Notes: a model not told the origin generated them from the sequence alone. A DNA stretch of 64,000 bases from Takakia lepidozioides (GCA_030704615.1 CM060732.1:18662001-18726000); one strand, 5' to 3'; shown: positions 24,201 to 39,010, counted from the stretch's first letter. Program-made: numbers and translations.

Positions 24201-27200
24201 ACTGATATCTGTGGTGGGTTCCTCAATGCAGGTGTAATAGAGCAGGCAGGGCAACTTCTGTTTGCCATACAGCGCCACCTGCAACCATTTCAAGCACTTC
24301 ACAAATATCAGTGAAACTGTCAGTTGAATGACAGTTGTCTTTACAAACCCTCCTTCAAGTCAACCCAATCTTTTTCTGAAGTATGTACTTACATATGTTC
24401 TGAGATTTGGGATGAACCTCACCTCGTCGTCAAAACTTCCATCCAGGATAAACCATTCAAAATCTCAAGTTGGTCCACCAGCTCGGTTATTTATTGCTTA
24501 GCTTAAGAGTCTTCTAAAGAAGGAAACTCAATCATTAAGACAACACACTCAGCAATAACAAAATACAAAACCCTTCAACTCTGAAATAAGGGAAAAACCT
24601 GCATGTTTTGATATTCTAGCTGTCATTCCCCCAAGCTCACGCTACCATTCTAGCCGATAGTCATGATCTGAGGGAAATGAATCTGTACCATGCATATTCC
24701 ATTCATCATCGATAAACAGACCATAAGATATTAATTTCCCAGACGTACTAATTTTATCTACATAGATGACAAACATTGGTTCTGCAGGTTCATGACAGGA
24801 ATACAAAAAGACGTCACTGAGTGAGGAGAAAATTCACAAACGCCCATTCAATCCAGAAAAATCTGGGGGATCTTAAAATCCTGCACTGATCTCTGTACAA
24901 AAACATGACGAAGTAACTGAAACAGCTTTGGAATGCCGAACAAATGGTACAGCAATATACCTACACAGATTGACAAGGTTGGCATCCATGGTGAAGTTAG
25001 CAATGACTTGCAACAAAAGCATCAGAAACTAAAGTTCATGTACCACTTCAGACGTAGAAGTGGGAGCAATGCAAAAGTCGTTGAAAAGGACCCAGTCAGA
25101 AATGGTCGATGGGGACCCCCTCAAGGCTGCTGCTGCTGCTGTTGGCTCATGCTGCACAATACTCAATGGTGTAGATGGAGTTGAGCCTGAAATCATGACC
25201 ACCACAACATATCAATGCGTAGTTCACTTAACAAATGAAAAAATCAAAGAGTGGGTATAATATTCTCTTCCTTTGGACCGTATACAAAACTGAGCACGGC
25301 ACTATAGAGACACCTGAATAGAATGGCTGCAGAAGGTCTAGTGTGATCCACTTTAGAGTAATGAATGTACCCTCCCGAAACACAAAATCCCAACCGAAAA
25401 AGAAGGGCGAGATGGCTCCTTAGCAAATGCCTTACCAGCTTTGTGTGATATCTTAGCACCAATGTCATGCTCAAGCAGAATGTATCAACCTCATAACAGA
25501 GGAGATAGAATTAGTGAAAGAAAACATCTGTGGCTCTCATTCGCCCTCAAAGACGGAGCGCCAGTATGCCCATATGCATTACCTTGACAGGGAGCGGTAA
25601 ACGAGTGCACTTCTCTCTCTCAAAGGCACTTGATCTTTGAGCAGTACTTGTTTGTTATGCTCTATCATCCCAGATACTCTTTAAGCTTTCTTAGATTGTT
25701 CAAGTTATACTTTTCTTTCCTTCTTTCTGCCTGCGAAAGATAATCTCAGAACAGTTGTGTAATTTAACACAGGAAGGTGTATGAAACTCAATCAACATCA
25801 GAGCACTCAGGCACAGCTGTTCGCGGCCGGTTACAGGCAAACAATTATCAAATCTATGGGCTGCAATGACCTCATACTGGAAACTGTGAGGTTCAGTCAG
25901 CACTGCTAGTATATCTTCTAGCTGGTATCAGTTAAATTGAAAGAAAAAGTAGAAACAAACTTTACAATGTCCACTGAGGAAGAGAGACGTCTGTTTGGGG
26001 GTGTTTACCCCTATCCTTCCATACAGCGAGGACAAAAAAGCAAAACAAAGAGACAGAGCGACAGAAAAAGAAAGAAAGGAACTTAATAATGTCCATGGGA
26101 AAGACAAAAAAGAAACATAGAAACTGTTTAACGAGAGAGTGAGGCTTGCAAAGCGTTTTCTTGGCTTACCAAGGTTGTGGTACAGAGATTTGGTCTAAAG
26201 TTGCATCTGTGGTGTTCCCCACTCTCCACTCCCAAAGTGATATATTTCACAATAGAGGTATCCATACCAAGAGGGGACCCACCTGGGCCTGGCGATGACA
26301 ACAAGTACCCTCCATGCGCCTCTGTATATGTATGAGGTATCTGTAATACAACAACCGCAGCATGTCACAACCCATCATTCTTCATGACATCACCCCCTCT
26401 CCCACAACCTTTCTGTCTACCTTGTGGTTGTCTGAATGCTTCCATATCTTCGCACTCTGCCCTCACCTGGCAGTATCCTTTCTTCCATGTGCCCACCTGT
26501 ATCAACAGCATCTTGGCAAGCTGCAAAGATGCGAAAACAAAGATGCTAAATAAACCTAATTGAATTTCAAAAGGAGGGGAATGAAAAAAACAAAGAAAGC
26601 CAAAGAAGATTTATTACAAGTAGAAGCCCCAAGAGCCTATGGCAGTGAAAGACATTCCAAATGAGATAAAAAAATAAGTCTATTACAACCCCAGCAGCCT
26701 GAAGGAGGGCACAGAGAAAGAAAACTTACTCCAGGAGCCAAAGGGCCAAAAAAAAGTCCCAACGAGGGTTTCATTATGAAGTACCATTTCATTTAGGGTT
26801 TAGGGTACTTCATAGTGTACGCAGAAAGCTCACAGAGCTGATGGGACAAGAGGAAGCCAGAAACAAGAAAGAGAGAGGGCCACAACAGCCTAAAAGCAAC
26901 TATTGCTCAAGGGATTGTCTCAGAGTCAATGCTTCATGCAGGTAAGCTGCCAAGTATTTCTGATCCTCATAATGGAAGACCTTTGTGAGAGATTGGGTAT
27001 CACACAATAGGAATCTCGCTCGGATCTCATGGTAGAAAAGGCAGTGAAAGAAGAAATGATCTTCACTTTCATTTTCCCTGTTATTCCCAGCGCAAGTGGG
27101 GCATAGGAGGTCCTCACAACTACCAGTCTCTATCCGCAGACACATACACACTTCCTACACATACCCTTGGCATTGAGTTTTCCTCCAACTGTAATTGGGA

Positions 27201-30200
27201 AGCGCATATACACAAAGTTATTCAATCTGGCAAGTGCAAAGCGTTGGGTCTCACTAAATTTTCCACTGCAGAGTGATCAACTCTGAAGTAAAAACAACCA
27301 TGGAGTACCTTGGAGTACGCATCTGCAGTGTGGGTTGATAACTCCAACCGGGCTGTCTCTAGAATCCATTCAAGTGGGGGTGCTCAAGGAGTGCATGTCA
27401 GCATGCTCCAAAACAGCTAATGTGGCTGTTCGGTGAGTTTGGCATTCGTCCCTTAAGCCTCCCGACAAGATGAATCCAACGTCAGATGGTGGGGTCAGCT
27501 GTGGCGGGCAACCGCAAACTGTGCTATATTATGTTATGGGACTAAGAAAACATTCTTGCGAGGTGGAGGAGCAACGTATGACTCATATCAGATATCCAAA
27601 GTTAATTGACTCTGTCTCATGGAAGCAGAATCGCCCTGTCAAACAGGCTAAGTCCTGGAAGAAGACGGTAGAAGAGATTTTCAAGGATCTGAATCTTCAA
27701 GGATCTGAATCTAAGTCCGCAAGTCTTGACCCTGCTGGATAAATCTGACTTAGAGGCTGTAGTGTCCAAAGCCATGTCTGTTTGCCAGGAAATGAACTAA
27801 TGAAAATGAAGTTAAGCAGAAAAATTCCTTGAACTTGTTTCCAGTCTGTGACATGGTGAGGCCATCATGGATGACCTCAAGGGTTAATCCACTCTCGGCA
27901 CTAGACTGAAATTGAAACTCAGGGCGGAACGCCTACCTTTGAACAGCAAACAGATGAAAAGAGGAAAGGAGGATTGCAAATGCCCGTTGTGTGGGCAACC
28001 TGAAGACTTCCACTTTCTGATTCATTGACCTGGGTACTCTCACCAGAGAGACACCCTCTTCAAATCCCTCAACTGTACCTCTGTTTACCAACTTTGAAAA
28101 TCTTGAGGCTGAGCCAAAAGCCCAGGCCCTTTCGGGGTCTAGTTATTGGGCAAATCACACACAGCAGATTGATGTTTGTGTGAAGGTATTTCTCGAGGAT
28201 ATCTGGGAAACTCGGATCAATTGTCTGTTTCAAGGTATGTCATACTACCGGTGTCAGCCCCTCACAAAGGTAGTTTCTGTCCCTTTGGGTTCTGCTCAAA
28301 CTGGGCGCGGGATCAATGGCCACAAGGCTACAGCAAACAACGTATTGTGAGTACATTCTATCTGCAGACAGTGGGAGCCCACCCTCAACCTCCCCAATGC
28401 CCTCAAAAGCAAGGGAGATACAGCTGCAGACAGGTAATTGGGCCAAAAGATTCTATCATCACAGAGGACCAAGAATGTCGCCCGGAACAGCAGTTTTGGT
28501 GTTAGATTGGCTGGTTTCCATGTCCGCATGACATGCTCGCCTCATGCATCTCTTGCAGTCCTGTTTGGACGCAATTTCCACCCCTCCTTATTTTGTGGCA
28601 GTAGGGAAGCGAAAGAGAGTCCATTGTGCTCAAATATATTGTGGACATTATTAGTCCAATGGGGGCCTGGGGGTAAAGTCAAACCACAAGAGCAAACCAG
28701 AAAGAACACACCGAGAGACCTGAAATGTTGATGGAAGGTAGAAGGAATCATCCAGATAAGCTCCCCAGCACTTTTGGTCCTCAAAACAGAAGGCCTCTGC
28801 CAAAGACAGAAAATCTCTATAGAGACAGTTGTATATGCCTCAAATCTTCTCGGAGAGAGAAAAGGAGAACAACTTATCCCGATCAAAAGAATTTGATTTG
28901 TTCTTGGTTGTACGGCGTTGTTCTGCAGCACCATCTTGTATTTACGACATTCTTTCAATGACGGATTGCCTCAAGAAGGCAAGCCGCTCAGCATGGTGGA
29001 ACTCCCAGAAACTTGTGTTAGGGTTGAGGAATCTCTCTTTATAAAGACACCAATATTTTCCCCAGATCTTCGAGTACAGGAAGAAAATGATGCACTACTT
29101 CACCAGTGGAAAAACTTAGGCAGATCCTATCTTTGAGGTATGCTATTCCATCTTCCTGTCTCAATCCGTTGGTGAGAACTGTCTGAAGTTGTCCGAGCCC
29201 CTCAGGACATCAAGAAGAAAGAATAAAACTTTATAACAGGGGACGGAGTAAGAGAAAGAAAGACAAAGGAAAGAAAATAAGAGAAACAATCGTCATAATG
29301 AAGACCATGAGGGCCCAAGGGACGATGAGAGAGGGAGGTGGCATGACTAAATGTGTGCTCTTCACTGCTTTACATGGAATATGGAGGCTTGCATAAATTC
29401 TGACATGTGAGCGCATTCTGTTCATTTTGCTAATTTATCTGTTTGGATTTATAACTTGAGAGAAATCAAGTACATCTAGGGTGTGGGGGTTGTGTTCACC
29501 TTCACATGGGCCACAAGGTGGCCTTCATTCTCTTCCTGAAAGTGTTTGTCATTTTCGAACTCATCGTGTATATGTGCAATCATTGCAGTCAACTCGTAAA
29601 CTGCATGGCTTACGCTGCTGCTTTCCCCCTCTGTCGATGTGTATTGAATAACTTCCTGCCTGAAACTTGACCCATTTGCAGTCCTGTCCTGCGTGTAATA
29701 ATCAAATAGTGAGCATCACAAATGATTTCAAGTTGACCATCTGAGAAGGGGAGACGAAGAAAGAACATGCTGTTTTGCAAAAAGATACGATGGAAATGTG
29801 GGGCAGGACACTTGCATTTAGTCTTGAATATTAAACCAAAACCCAACTCCTCTTTCACCCCTTCCTGAAAAGAAAAGAAAAAGAAGAGAGGCAGACTTGT
29901 AATATGCTACCTCTGTCACTGTGACCCTGGAGGAGAGTGTATCAACTGCAATCTCAATGCGGAGTGGGAGCCATGAATTGGACCCAGCATGCATGGTAGG
30001 ACTCAGCAAACCAGACTTTGGCCCCCTGGACCTCCCCAACCCAGATTTGCCACCATCTGGAGCAGCTATGCGGTCCCCATCAGCATGCCAGAAGTATAAG
30101 TCTGCCTCTCGCCGAATGCAGCAATCTATGATCAAAATATTTGGTAAGCTGCAGGGCACTCGCACCTGCAACATTTTCTATGCATTAGACAGTTGAGATT

Positions 30201-33200
30201 TTGCCGCCGTACAGAAGATTGAAGACCAATGTATGTAAGCAAGCAGCTTTGAAATGTCCTAATCTGTACCACAATTCCACAATTCCCCTATTTATTCTAC
30301 AGAGGACATCTCGCCATCCACCAGGAGGAATTAGATTTACCTAGCCACTTATATGCCAGTTATCGATAACCTTCCCTGGCTGAGTTTCATGTTCTTTGCC
30401 CTCCACAGAATTCTCAAGCATGGCAGTCTAAAGGCTGTGTTATGTGGCTTCTCTCCCCAGGTTTGGTATGTCTGTCCACTGCCCTCCCCAGGTCAGCAAT
30501 TCCATATTTGCCAAGCTTGCGATCAAGGTCTCCGGTTTACTAAGGTTAACCCAGACTTCTTCCACCAACAACCAGAAAACTACAATTCAGTTATGAGATA
30601 TTCTCTAAGGTGGAGAGCCTCCTATAGAGGGGCTGCAAGGCATAACTGATCCTAATTATGGAAGACCTCTGGAATTGGCTGCCTCTATATAGGCAAAAGG
30701 AGTAGTCCCACATTTTGTAGTAGAGAGGACAGTGAAACAAGAAATGTTCTTCAGTCTCAATCTCCAGCCTGTCTTGTATAGCACACGCAGGACAAAGGCA
30801 TGCTTATGCTTGTCTCAGCTGCCAGTCTCTATCCTCAGGCTATGCAACCCTCCTCTGATTCGTCTCAACGCCCATAAAAGAGGCGAAATATGGCCTCAAG
30901 GTCTAGCACTGCGCAGGCACATCCAGCACTTAAATCTAATTAGAGGGTGACGAAGAGCATTGCAGTTACCTTGGAGACAGAGAGAGGCTGTATTGCCCTT
31001 CATCAGTCTGCCCATAACTGCATCTGCAAACTCAAGAGAGGAAAGGAGAAAAGAAACTTTCCAACATCCACAAGAGGCCCTGACGGCCCCTTGGACAAAG
31101 TAGAACACCAACAAACCACACCAATATACACCAAACGTCCCCCAACAACAGAGTGCTGCATGCAGGTGCTGGCAGACATTAGCACGGTTGGACTTGCCAA
31201 TCCACACGGCAGGGACAATGTACTCATAAGACGTTTGCCATAGCCTTGTGGCCATTGACCCCGCACTCAGTTTGAGCGGAACACAAAGGGACAGAAACTA
31301 CCTTTGTCAGGGGCAGACGCCAGTAGTATGACTTACCTTGGAACAGACAATTACATTCAAGTTTCCCAGATATCCTCTAGAAATCCCTTCACATAAGCAT
31401 CAATCTGTTGTGTGTGGTTTGCCCAATAACTAGGCCCCAAAAGGGCCTGAGCTTTTGGATCAGCCTCGAGAGTTTCAAAGTTGGTAAACAGAGGTTCAGG
31501 CACCATTCCCTTGATGGATTTGAAGAGGGCGTTTCTACACGGCAGGGAGAGACAGAAAGAGGAGGACGCACACCTGTTGGAGGGGCACGTAGGCACGGCA
31601 GTGAGGACACCATGCCCGCATATCTTCTTGCTTGCACAGACTTCTCTCCAATAGCTCCACAAATGATGGGCGTGCTGCTCCTGCTTTCCCTGACGGGTAC
31701 TGAGCAGCAACAATCATTGTTAATAGTCTTGAAGTACACCATGTAGGCTTTAGCCTGTGGAAAAACATGAAGGGATGAAGTAAGATACACTTGTTCCTTG
31801 GCACATGTGTTTACCACCTTTACGACAATCAGCAGAAGCACCTTAGTTATACAGAGGTTAAGAGTTGCTTTGAACTCCAACCATATGACGATGCAATGAA
31901 AAATATATGACTGAAAAATGATAGAAGGGAACAGAGGACAACCTGGAGGTCAACTTGAAATGAAAGGCGTTCCTGGACGACCTCGTCATGTGATGCACCT
32001 CGACACTGAACCTCAAACAAAAAACAAAAAGGTGCATAACACATTCATGAACTTGGGAACCTAAATGGATTCAAGGTCATACCCTTTCCCTTGTTTACAA
32101 GCTTTAAGACCTTTCGTTGTTGGTGCTGATACATTCTACAATGAAGACAGAAAAATGAAATGTACGTTAGAGACAGGGCAGACTTATGATGCAGGTGTCC
32201 TGGCAGCCACAATTATAGTCTGGGTTTGTTAATGACCGTTGTCTAACTGCCTACGCAACCTAAAAGGTTTGCTAAAAAAAGTGGCTCGTTGCAGTGGTCA
32301 GATTGTATGAGGAATTAGTACCAAGATTGTGTCACTAGAGACTCGTAGGGAGTTGCTGCACTTGAAAATGTGACATGGGCACAGTGGGCAGTGTTCTGTA
32401 AAATTTCAAAAGGAAGAGACCACCAAGACGGTAGGTAACCATACACCATAGCTCAACTCAGAATAGCTTATTCCTTGGAAATATACCTTGCTGCGAACAC
32501 GAAACATCATGCCAAACAGTTGGTCGCTGATGGAGGCTGCTGGGGACAACGAACCAGGTTCTGAGCCACTTGATCCACCCCCTTCTTTATGCAGCTGCAA
32601 ACGAAATATACACTTCCATAAATTACTGAACTCCTAACCAACTAAGCAGTTAAGAGTACCTCATAAAGCTGATCACTCTGCTTGATGCAGGTATAGAACA
32701 ATCACTTCTTGTAGGGATCTGCCAACTATAGGGTCAACCCAAATTAAAATTGACATGAGATGAATATACCCACATAGCAAGACAACTTAGCTGGCTTAAA
32801 ATTCTTCAACATAAGCTCACACTCAGTAAGCCATCAGGCTGTTTGACTTTGTCAATGTTTGTCGACACATAGTCAATCAGGTGTTAGGAAGTGCACACAT
32901 GGCTTCCACAATGAGTTGGCTATGAGAGAGACCTAAACTACAGTCGACTAGAAATCACTTCAAGACACTGCACAAGAGTTGACCCCATCCTTGTCGAGCA
33001 AGAATGGACTCTAGACATGTACAACCAATCTGCTTGGATCGCCTCGCCAACTTAGGTCTATTTGTCAGTTCTAACAACTTCTAGGAAAGAATAAAATAAG
33101 CTGCGATCCAGGTAACCAGCAGGGGACTTTCTGAATGTCTAAAGTCCAAGGCTAATAACAAAAACGCGTGGATTACCTGCTCAAGTAAAAAGCGGCTGAA

Positions 33201-36200
33201 ACTCTGAATGCGCTTGGCAAGGGACTTTTCCTTGCCATTCTCCCACTCCTCTGGACCCTCCACCAGTCCGAGTGCAGATGCCTCCCGAATCTGCCGTAGT
33301 GCTCGAAGCAGGTTGCTGGGCTGCAATAAAGACCCCTTGTTACATCACCAGTGAAATGAAAGTGTAGTACAGCCTCTCAAGAAGGGTACATGTCTCTCTC
33401 TAGTTCCTCACCCAGGAATATACACAAAGTTGTTATTATGCAAACCCTAGAGCTTTGGAAACAATTTGAGAAGCTTCACACAGACACATCCTGGGTAGTG
33501 GCATGAAAAGTATCCTAGATCACAGCAAAGTGGCATTCTGCATCCTGCAATCCAGAATAGAGATCCACAAACAAACATCTGCATGCTTTCAAACACAATG
33601 ACAGGATATACTGTCTACAGGTTCACGATGGACTTGGGTTCACTTGCACAAAGGATCACCTGACAAGTATCACCACGCGCAAGATCCAACATATGGAGAA
33701 CAAAACCAAGCTCACACGTGAGGCAAAACTCTCTTTCACATATGTGTGATGTGACTGTAGACTGCAGTTTGGGTATGAAGTACAGAACCTGCCCCTCACC
33801 CCCAACAGATACACAAGACCCACTTGCAATTAAGTACCTGGGTCAATTGACAGATGACTGCAAGACTTTACAGAATGAACCTAAGGGATACGAGCAAATC
33901 TGGAGATCATTTGAAAACGCAGGGTCAATGCCAAGGACAGAAAGTGGAAAGGCTTCACCAATTAGACAGTGCTTCACCAAAGGCCTTGACCCTTGACTGT
34001 CCTCTCTCTCTTCACACTCACAAACATGAAGGCCTGAAACTGTAAGGAGAGAGCCTAGTAGTTGATCAACTTCCTACCTGGAGAAGGGCATTGCAGTAAC
34101 TATTGACAATATCATTTTCCAGGCCTGCAAAACGCGTCTTATTATAATAGCTAAAATCAAACTCCTCAAACTTGAGCTTGGAGTGTGACTGTTTAATTTC
34201 CACCCGGCGATACGCCTTTGGCAGCCACTTCCCAGGTCCTATTTTGGAAGCAAAGCCTGATAGAATGGCCCGTCGATCTGCAGCGCTTGGTCCTTTGCTA
34301 TCTGTCTGTTAAGGAAACAAAAAATATTCACAGTTAAGGTACAATTTTACAGGTTCTTCCGCAATGTTTTGAGGAACCTGAAAAACAACCTACATGTACA
34401 ATCATCTGCAACTTTGACAATCAGCAGTTATGTTAGCCCCAGTCGAGTGAGTGAAAGGACTGAGATCGCAAAGGAACAAATAGTGTTCTTGAGTGTAGTA
34501 TAAAGAAAGCAAAAGGTAGAGAGTGAGATGTACATCATTCCTGTTGTGAGCATCATTTATGATGTGTGCAGTGAATTAGTTTGTCGTACCTTCCGCATTT
34601 GCCGTGTGTTGCGGAGGCCAGCCACAGCACGTGTTGCCTCCCCATAAGGAAGGCCCCTCCGCCAATGAGGGTTCTGCACATAACCCACAAAGTCCACTGC
34701 ACTCATCTGCTCCAGTAACACTCTCTCTACCATCCGTGGGGGCAGCCCAACCCGGATCGGCATCAAGGTATCAACTGCAGATAATTGCAAATTGTTCGAA
34801 GCAGGGAGGTACACATTACTAAAGGAATCACGCTCTGATATGTGAGTCTGAGCTGCCGGCAGAAGTACGTCAGGAAGCTGTCACAGAGAAACGTAATTTC
34901 CATCAAAATACAATCAAGTTAAAGGAAGACTAGAGGGCTGTGGACCCTTTGCTGGTGCAGGACTGAAATAATACTTTGCTTGAGGCAATAGTGCAGAATT
35001 AATTGCAGGGCCACAAGTAATACCTCTGAGGGTAGAGAGAAAAGATTAACATGGGCGCGTTCGTAAGTACCCCAAACATGGATGTATCCACCAGAATCTC
35101 CAAAAGCCAGGAGCTCACCTGAGCTTGACACATCTGAAGCAAGTAATGCATCTGTGTCACAATCCACCTGCAAAAATAGCCTGTAATCAGCTCTTTGTGT
35201 TAAAGCGTACTGGCCCACAAGCTCTCTGCAATTTTTGTGAGTGTCATGAAGCTCCTTTCTTTCTTGTGTCTTTCATGATTTTCTAAAGTTGCTCTTTGGT
35301 TTTGTCTCCTCTCTTGTTTTCTTCCATTTTGTCCCATAAGCTCTTTGAGCTTTCCGCGGACGGTATAAAGTACCATTTCATTTCATTTCATTTCTCTTTT
35401 CTTAAGAGTATGACTGGTAGTCTGACAGCTGTGGCCACGTTTGGGGTTACAGCAGCAGTGCTGGAATTAACAAAGTCAAGCATGATGTCTATACTAGCTC
35501 GTACATTCAAAACTGAATTCCCTGTAAATTGAATCGTCATTGGCCATTGACATAATATATTTCACTCCAACGTTCTGTCTTTCACGGGGACATGCCAATT
35601 CTTACTGTATGTACATAATGCAGATGTAGAGCACCACTAAGGTGTATAATTCAAATGGTGACCTTCTGTAGCATTAGTCGAGCCACAATGACACGAAGAA
35701 AATACAGGGGAACAGAACAAGAAATAAAATCAGCCAAGGTCTCTGTAGCAATTTCTCGAGTAAGCCCCAGGAACCATACCCCGAATGCAATTCTCATTAT
35801 TAGCTTTTCTTGGAGCAGAGACGGTATTAACTACTAACTGACTGCTGATCCAGAAGGACTCCATGAATGATGCCCAGCAATCAGATACCCGAGAATAAAG
35901 TGAGCAAATTCCAAACCTGGTAACTCTGAAAGTCAACACCACCTCCTTGCACATCAGTGAGAAGAATAGCACCACTGGCTGATGTGGCCAGAACAATGCT
36001 TGAAAACTTCGGTTGGAAACGCAGTGTAGTAGCTCCCGGAGCAAATGGGATATGTGTAAGTGGTCGGACTTGTTGCCTTATATCAAACACCTAAACCAGC
36101 CCGGTCACTCCTCTTACAACTTGAACTAACCTGTGCAGGTGGTTTGTCTTTTCTTGTCATGTAAAACATTGCCCTCTGGATAAGCCTCAGCAATAAATTC

Positions 36201-39010
36201 ACCTCAAGTTCTTTCACTGAGCAAACCCTTGTATTTTCTTTTCTTACATGCATCAAGTAGCACTGAATCGTGGTCTTTGAGAGTGAGAGAAACAACTGCA
36301 TGTATGAGTGAGCCTGACTCATGTCAAGTAACTTCTATGTTCATGAAATAAACAGTGTACAGCAGACATTGACCTGCAAATCTCACTCCTACCACTCATT
36401 TGTTGCATTTTGAAGTCAATATAGAAGTAAAACAGAAACCTCTCTCCAAGGCTTTTTTGCTTGAGGCCAAAGCAAATAAGATCTGTCATTTTCAAACAGA
36501 ATCGTCTCGGATCCTTTCAGCTGACTTAAACTCCTATAATAGGAGGAATACCTTTATAACAGAATCGCAGTAGATGTGGCCCATCCGCTTCGTGAGTCCA
36601 CAAGATACAAGCAGGTCCCCCTTCAAATCCAGTGATGAAATTTTTCCTGGAATGTGCCATCCAATCACCTATATTCTTGAATCTACACACATAATCTATC
36701 ATCAATTCACACATGTGCATTGCACCGCATGGATAGACAGTCCTTAGCACTCAGCCTCAATGTCTCTATTTATCTGAGCTTGCATGGTTTACGGGTTGCC
36801 TGGCAGTGCTTGTATTTTCACTTTCGATAACACTGGTACTACATTACTGGCAGTAGTTACCAGTGCTCACTACTACATATGTGAGACTTGTGTTTGGGAC
36901 CAGCTAGAGTGGAACTCACTATTGGCTGTTACAACTTTATGAGAGTATAGCAAGAACTAAACATAGCCCAAAGATGCATTTCCCACAGGATCTATAGTTG
37001 TTGTACTATTGGCAACGAATCACTGCTGCAAGTAAACCTCTACATCTCTCCCCATTCTGTCCCCGATCCATCAGGGGACACATAGTTTCATGTCACTGGC
37101 TTTTAATATACACTGCCCTTTACAGAGAGAATTTCAGACACACCAGGGTGAGCATCTATGGTGTGCTCTGTCTTCATGGTGCGGAGGTCCTTTAGTACAA
37201 TTTCGCCAGTCATGCCACCACAGGCTACCAGGCGCCCATTGCTTCGCATTACAGCTATTCCTTGTCCCGCTGCAAACTGCAAACCCAGGGTGTGATGAAA
37301 TAGCAGCCTTCTCGTGGGGTTTTGGCATTTAGTGTCAGCAAAAAGGGTTTTGGCATCATATCAGTCCTTCTAAAGTGAGGAAATGGCAAGAAAATGGGCA
37401 CATCCACATGTATATGGAAAAACAGATGAGCATTATAGACGCAAAGCGCACGCCAAATTGACAGGTTACTTAGCAGGACACAAAAATGGCTTGCTTTTCT
37501 GATCTTTCACAAATGGCTGCAGATAAGAGCCGGTTTGGACAAATATACTATCCACTATTCATATGAATGGGTAGAAGAAATAAACCGATGTGGAGATGCG
37601 AGATGTTGACAAATCAAAAACTGAGATCTTAGCACCCGCATGGCCAATCAACAGACGGCCAGCCCCAGGGCGCTCCCAGTCACAGCAAAGCATATCCGCA
37701 ACTCCATTGTCCCTGGCATATTTCATATCATGACATAAGAATCATTATGTCAGCCTTGGTAATTAAGTCTTCAAACAAAGTAAGCTACAACAAGATCGAT
37801 CATTTGCTTGAGATCACCATGCGGTTCACTACACTTAAGAGATACAACTTCATTGTGAATCTTTTGCCAAAGTCCAGCTTTGCCTGCCACTGAAAGAATG
37901 TACTCATAAGACTTTGTTTGCCGTAGTCTTGTGGCCATAGACCCCGTGCCCTGTTTGGGCAGTACTAAAGGGAACAGAAACTACCTTTGTACAGGCCACT
38001 AAGAGTCAGACAGATAGCCAACAGACAGAGAACATAGACTTGCAGCCAAACCTTGGTCTTTTCCAGCTCAATAGCTTGACCAACTCGCTAGTACCATTTC
38101 AAACCTACCTAAAAGTGAGAATGGGGAGACCGCCTCGTGTGTGCATTCGCACGCACTCAGAACTCACGGATAAAATGCCTTCTGCTGCTGCTACCAGACC
38201 TACCACAGCAGTTGGATGTGCCCCAAAGACACTGTACTTGTCCAGTGATGGGCACATGTATGAATGAAGTGAGCCCTGTCCCCATTGCAAAATACAGGAA
38301 AATGGATGTCAGTCTTTTCTGAGAGTGCGGCTTATATTCATTTCAGATTTTGAGAACTTAGATCTCTTTTGTAATTTTATCAGAACAATCTCAAGGGACT
38401 TGCCCAATGCTTTGATACGATTTGAACTAGTGTCCAGGTCATAACACAAGGCACACAATTGTGCTTGACATTCCTCCAAAATGGAACTGTTCTACCATGT
38501 ACATTTTCTCTCTCTCTTTCTCTACATATACACGGAAATAATGTTCTCGGGCGGGATATATTGCACTATAACAGCCACTGGTAAATATGGGCAAATTATC
38601 AGCATCCGAAGTTTGGTCGTATGAACACAAGAGAGGCAGCACAGACCAGCTTCTCTCATTAAAAGAGTTACCTCATAATGGGGCAGTGAAATAACAACTC
38701 GTCAACAATCTGTAAGAAATTGCGTACAGAAGGAAAAAACGCCAGAAAATTGTTTACAAGGTGAACAAAGGAGACAAGGTCAGACAGGAATTTCACTTTG
38801 CATGAAATGCAGCACTCTTTCACATGATTGTCGCAAATAAACTGCCATCATTGCAAAGGCACGACGATCAGGGTGTAGGGTTTAGTGACTTACAGTGGAA
38901 GACGCGGTCCACAAAAAATCCAGAAGGGGGTCGAAGATGGTGAAACACACCGCATCGTTGGCACGCTGCTGTGGCACGCATGCCAACTCCCGCAAATTCT
39001 CCCCCACCAT
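18226..39010 (-). CDS. PAN2: PAN2 poly(A)-specific ribonuclease subunit (WD40 - pseudo-UCH - DEDD exonuclease), multi-exon; span includes introns
   Basis: Exons read manually on the minus strand: MVGENLRELAC..FDPLLDFLWTAS (38894-39010); GSLHSYMCPSLDKYSVF..GGLP (~38110-38275); LDLKGDLLVSCG (~36550-36650); FDIRQ..LRFQPKFSS (~35920-36090); DVSSSGELLAFGDSGG (~35025-35170); DFVGYVQNP (~34590-34880); FDFSYYNKTRFAGLENDIVNSYCNALLQ (~34080-34300); ARVSVV (~22955); VYDYLTRYSGVSPGDL (~20685-20750); KKAYLKLRYL (~20460); FVGHGLKKDF (~19935-20010); IIDTVELF..LSLRFLA (~19640-19720); IQNETHDSIEDA (~19080-19128); last exon LLEIYRYGRR..AASA* ending at 18226. Some middle exons and the true start are not resolved. 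Confidence 0.9.
21290..21620 (+). mobile_element. Non-LTR (RTE-like) 3' end, family B, with (ATTTC)n tail
   Basis: YPDQKCLGAYLQG, then GAGCTTTCCGCGGACG..TAAAG.ACCATTTCATTTCATTTC. The same terminus occurs at ~35345-35392. Confidence 0.6.
26600..27400 (-). mobile_element. RTE-like LINE ORF2 C-terminal fragment in a PAN2 intron
   Basis: ORF 26900..27151: LRIETG...HFFFHCLFYHEIRARF...YEDQKYLAAYL. A related fragment lies at ~30620-30850. Confidence 0.6.
27850..28362 (+). mobile_element. Non-LTR 3' fragment, family A
   Basis: CPLCGQPEDFHFLIH (~27980), then the conserved 3' end ...TGGCCACAAGGCTACAGCAAACAACG..GAGTACATTCT. Confidence 0.7.
31213..31520 (-). mobile_element. Non-LTR 3' fragment, family A
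   Basis: Plus strand reads AATGTACTCATAAGACGTTTGCC..GCCTTGTGGCCATTGACCCCG; minus ORF ends [35 protein letters not shown]. Confidence 0.75.
35205..35395 (+). mobile_element. Non-LTR 3' end, family B, with (ATTTC)n tail
   Basis: GAGCTTTCCGCGGACGGTATAAAGTACCATTTCATTTCATTTCATTTC matches ~21569-21620. Confidence 0.6.
37893..37995 (-). mobile_element. Short family A 3' end
   Basis: AGAATGTACTCATAAGACTTTGTTTGCCGTAGTCTTGTGGCCATAGACCCCG..AAACTACCTTTGT. Confidence 0.7.
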
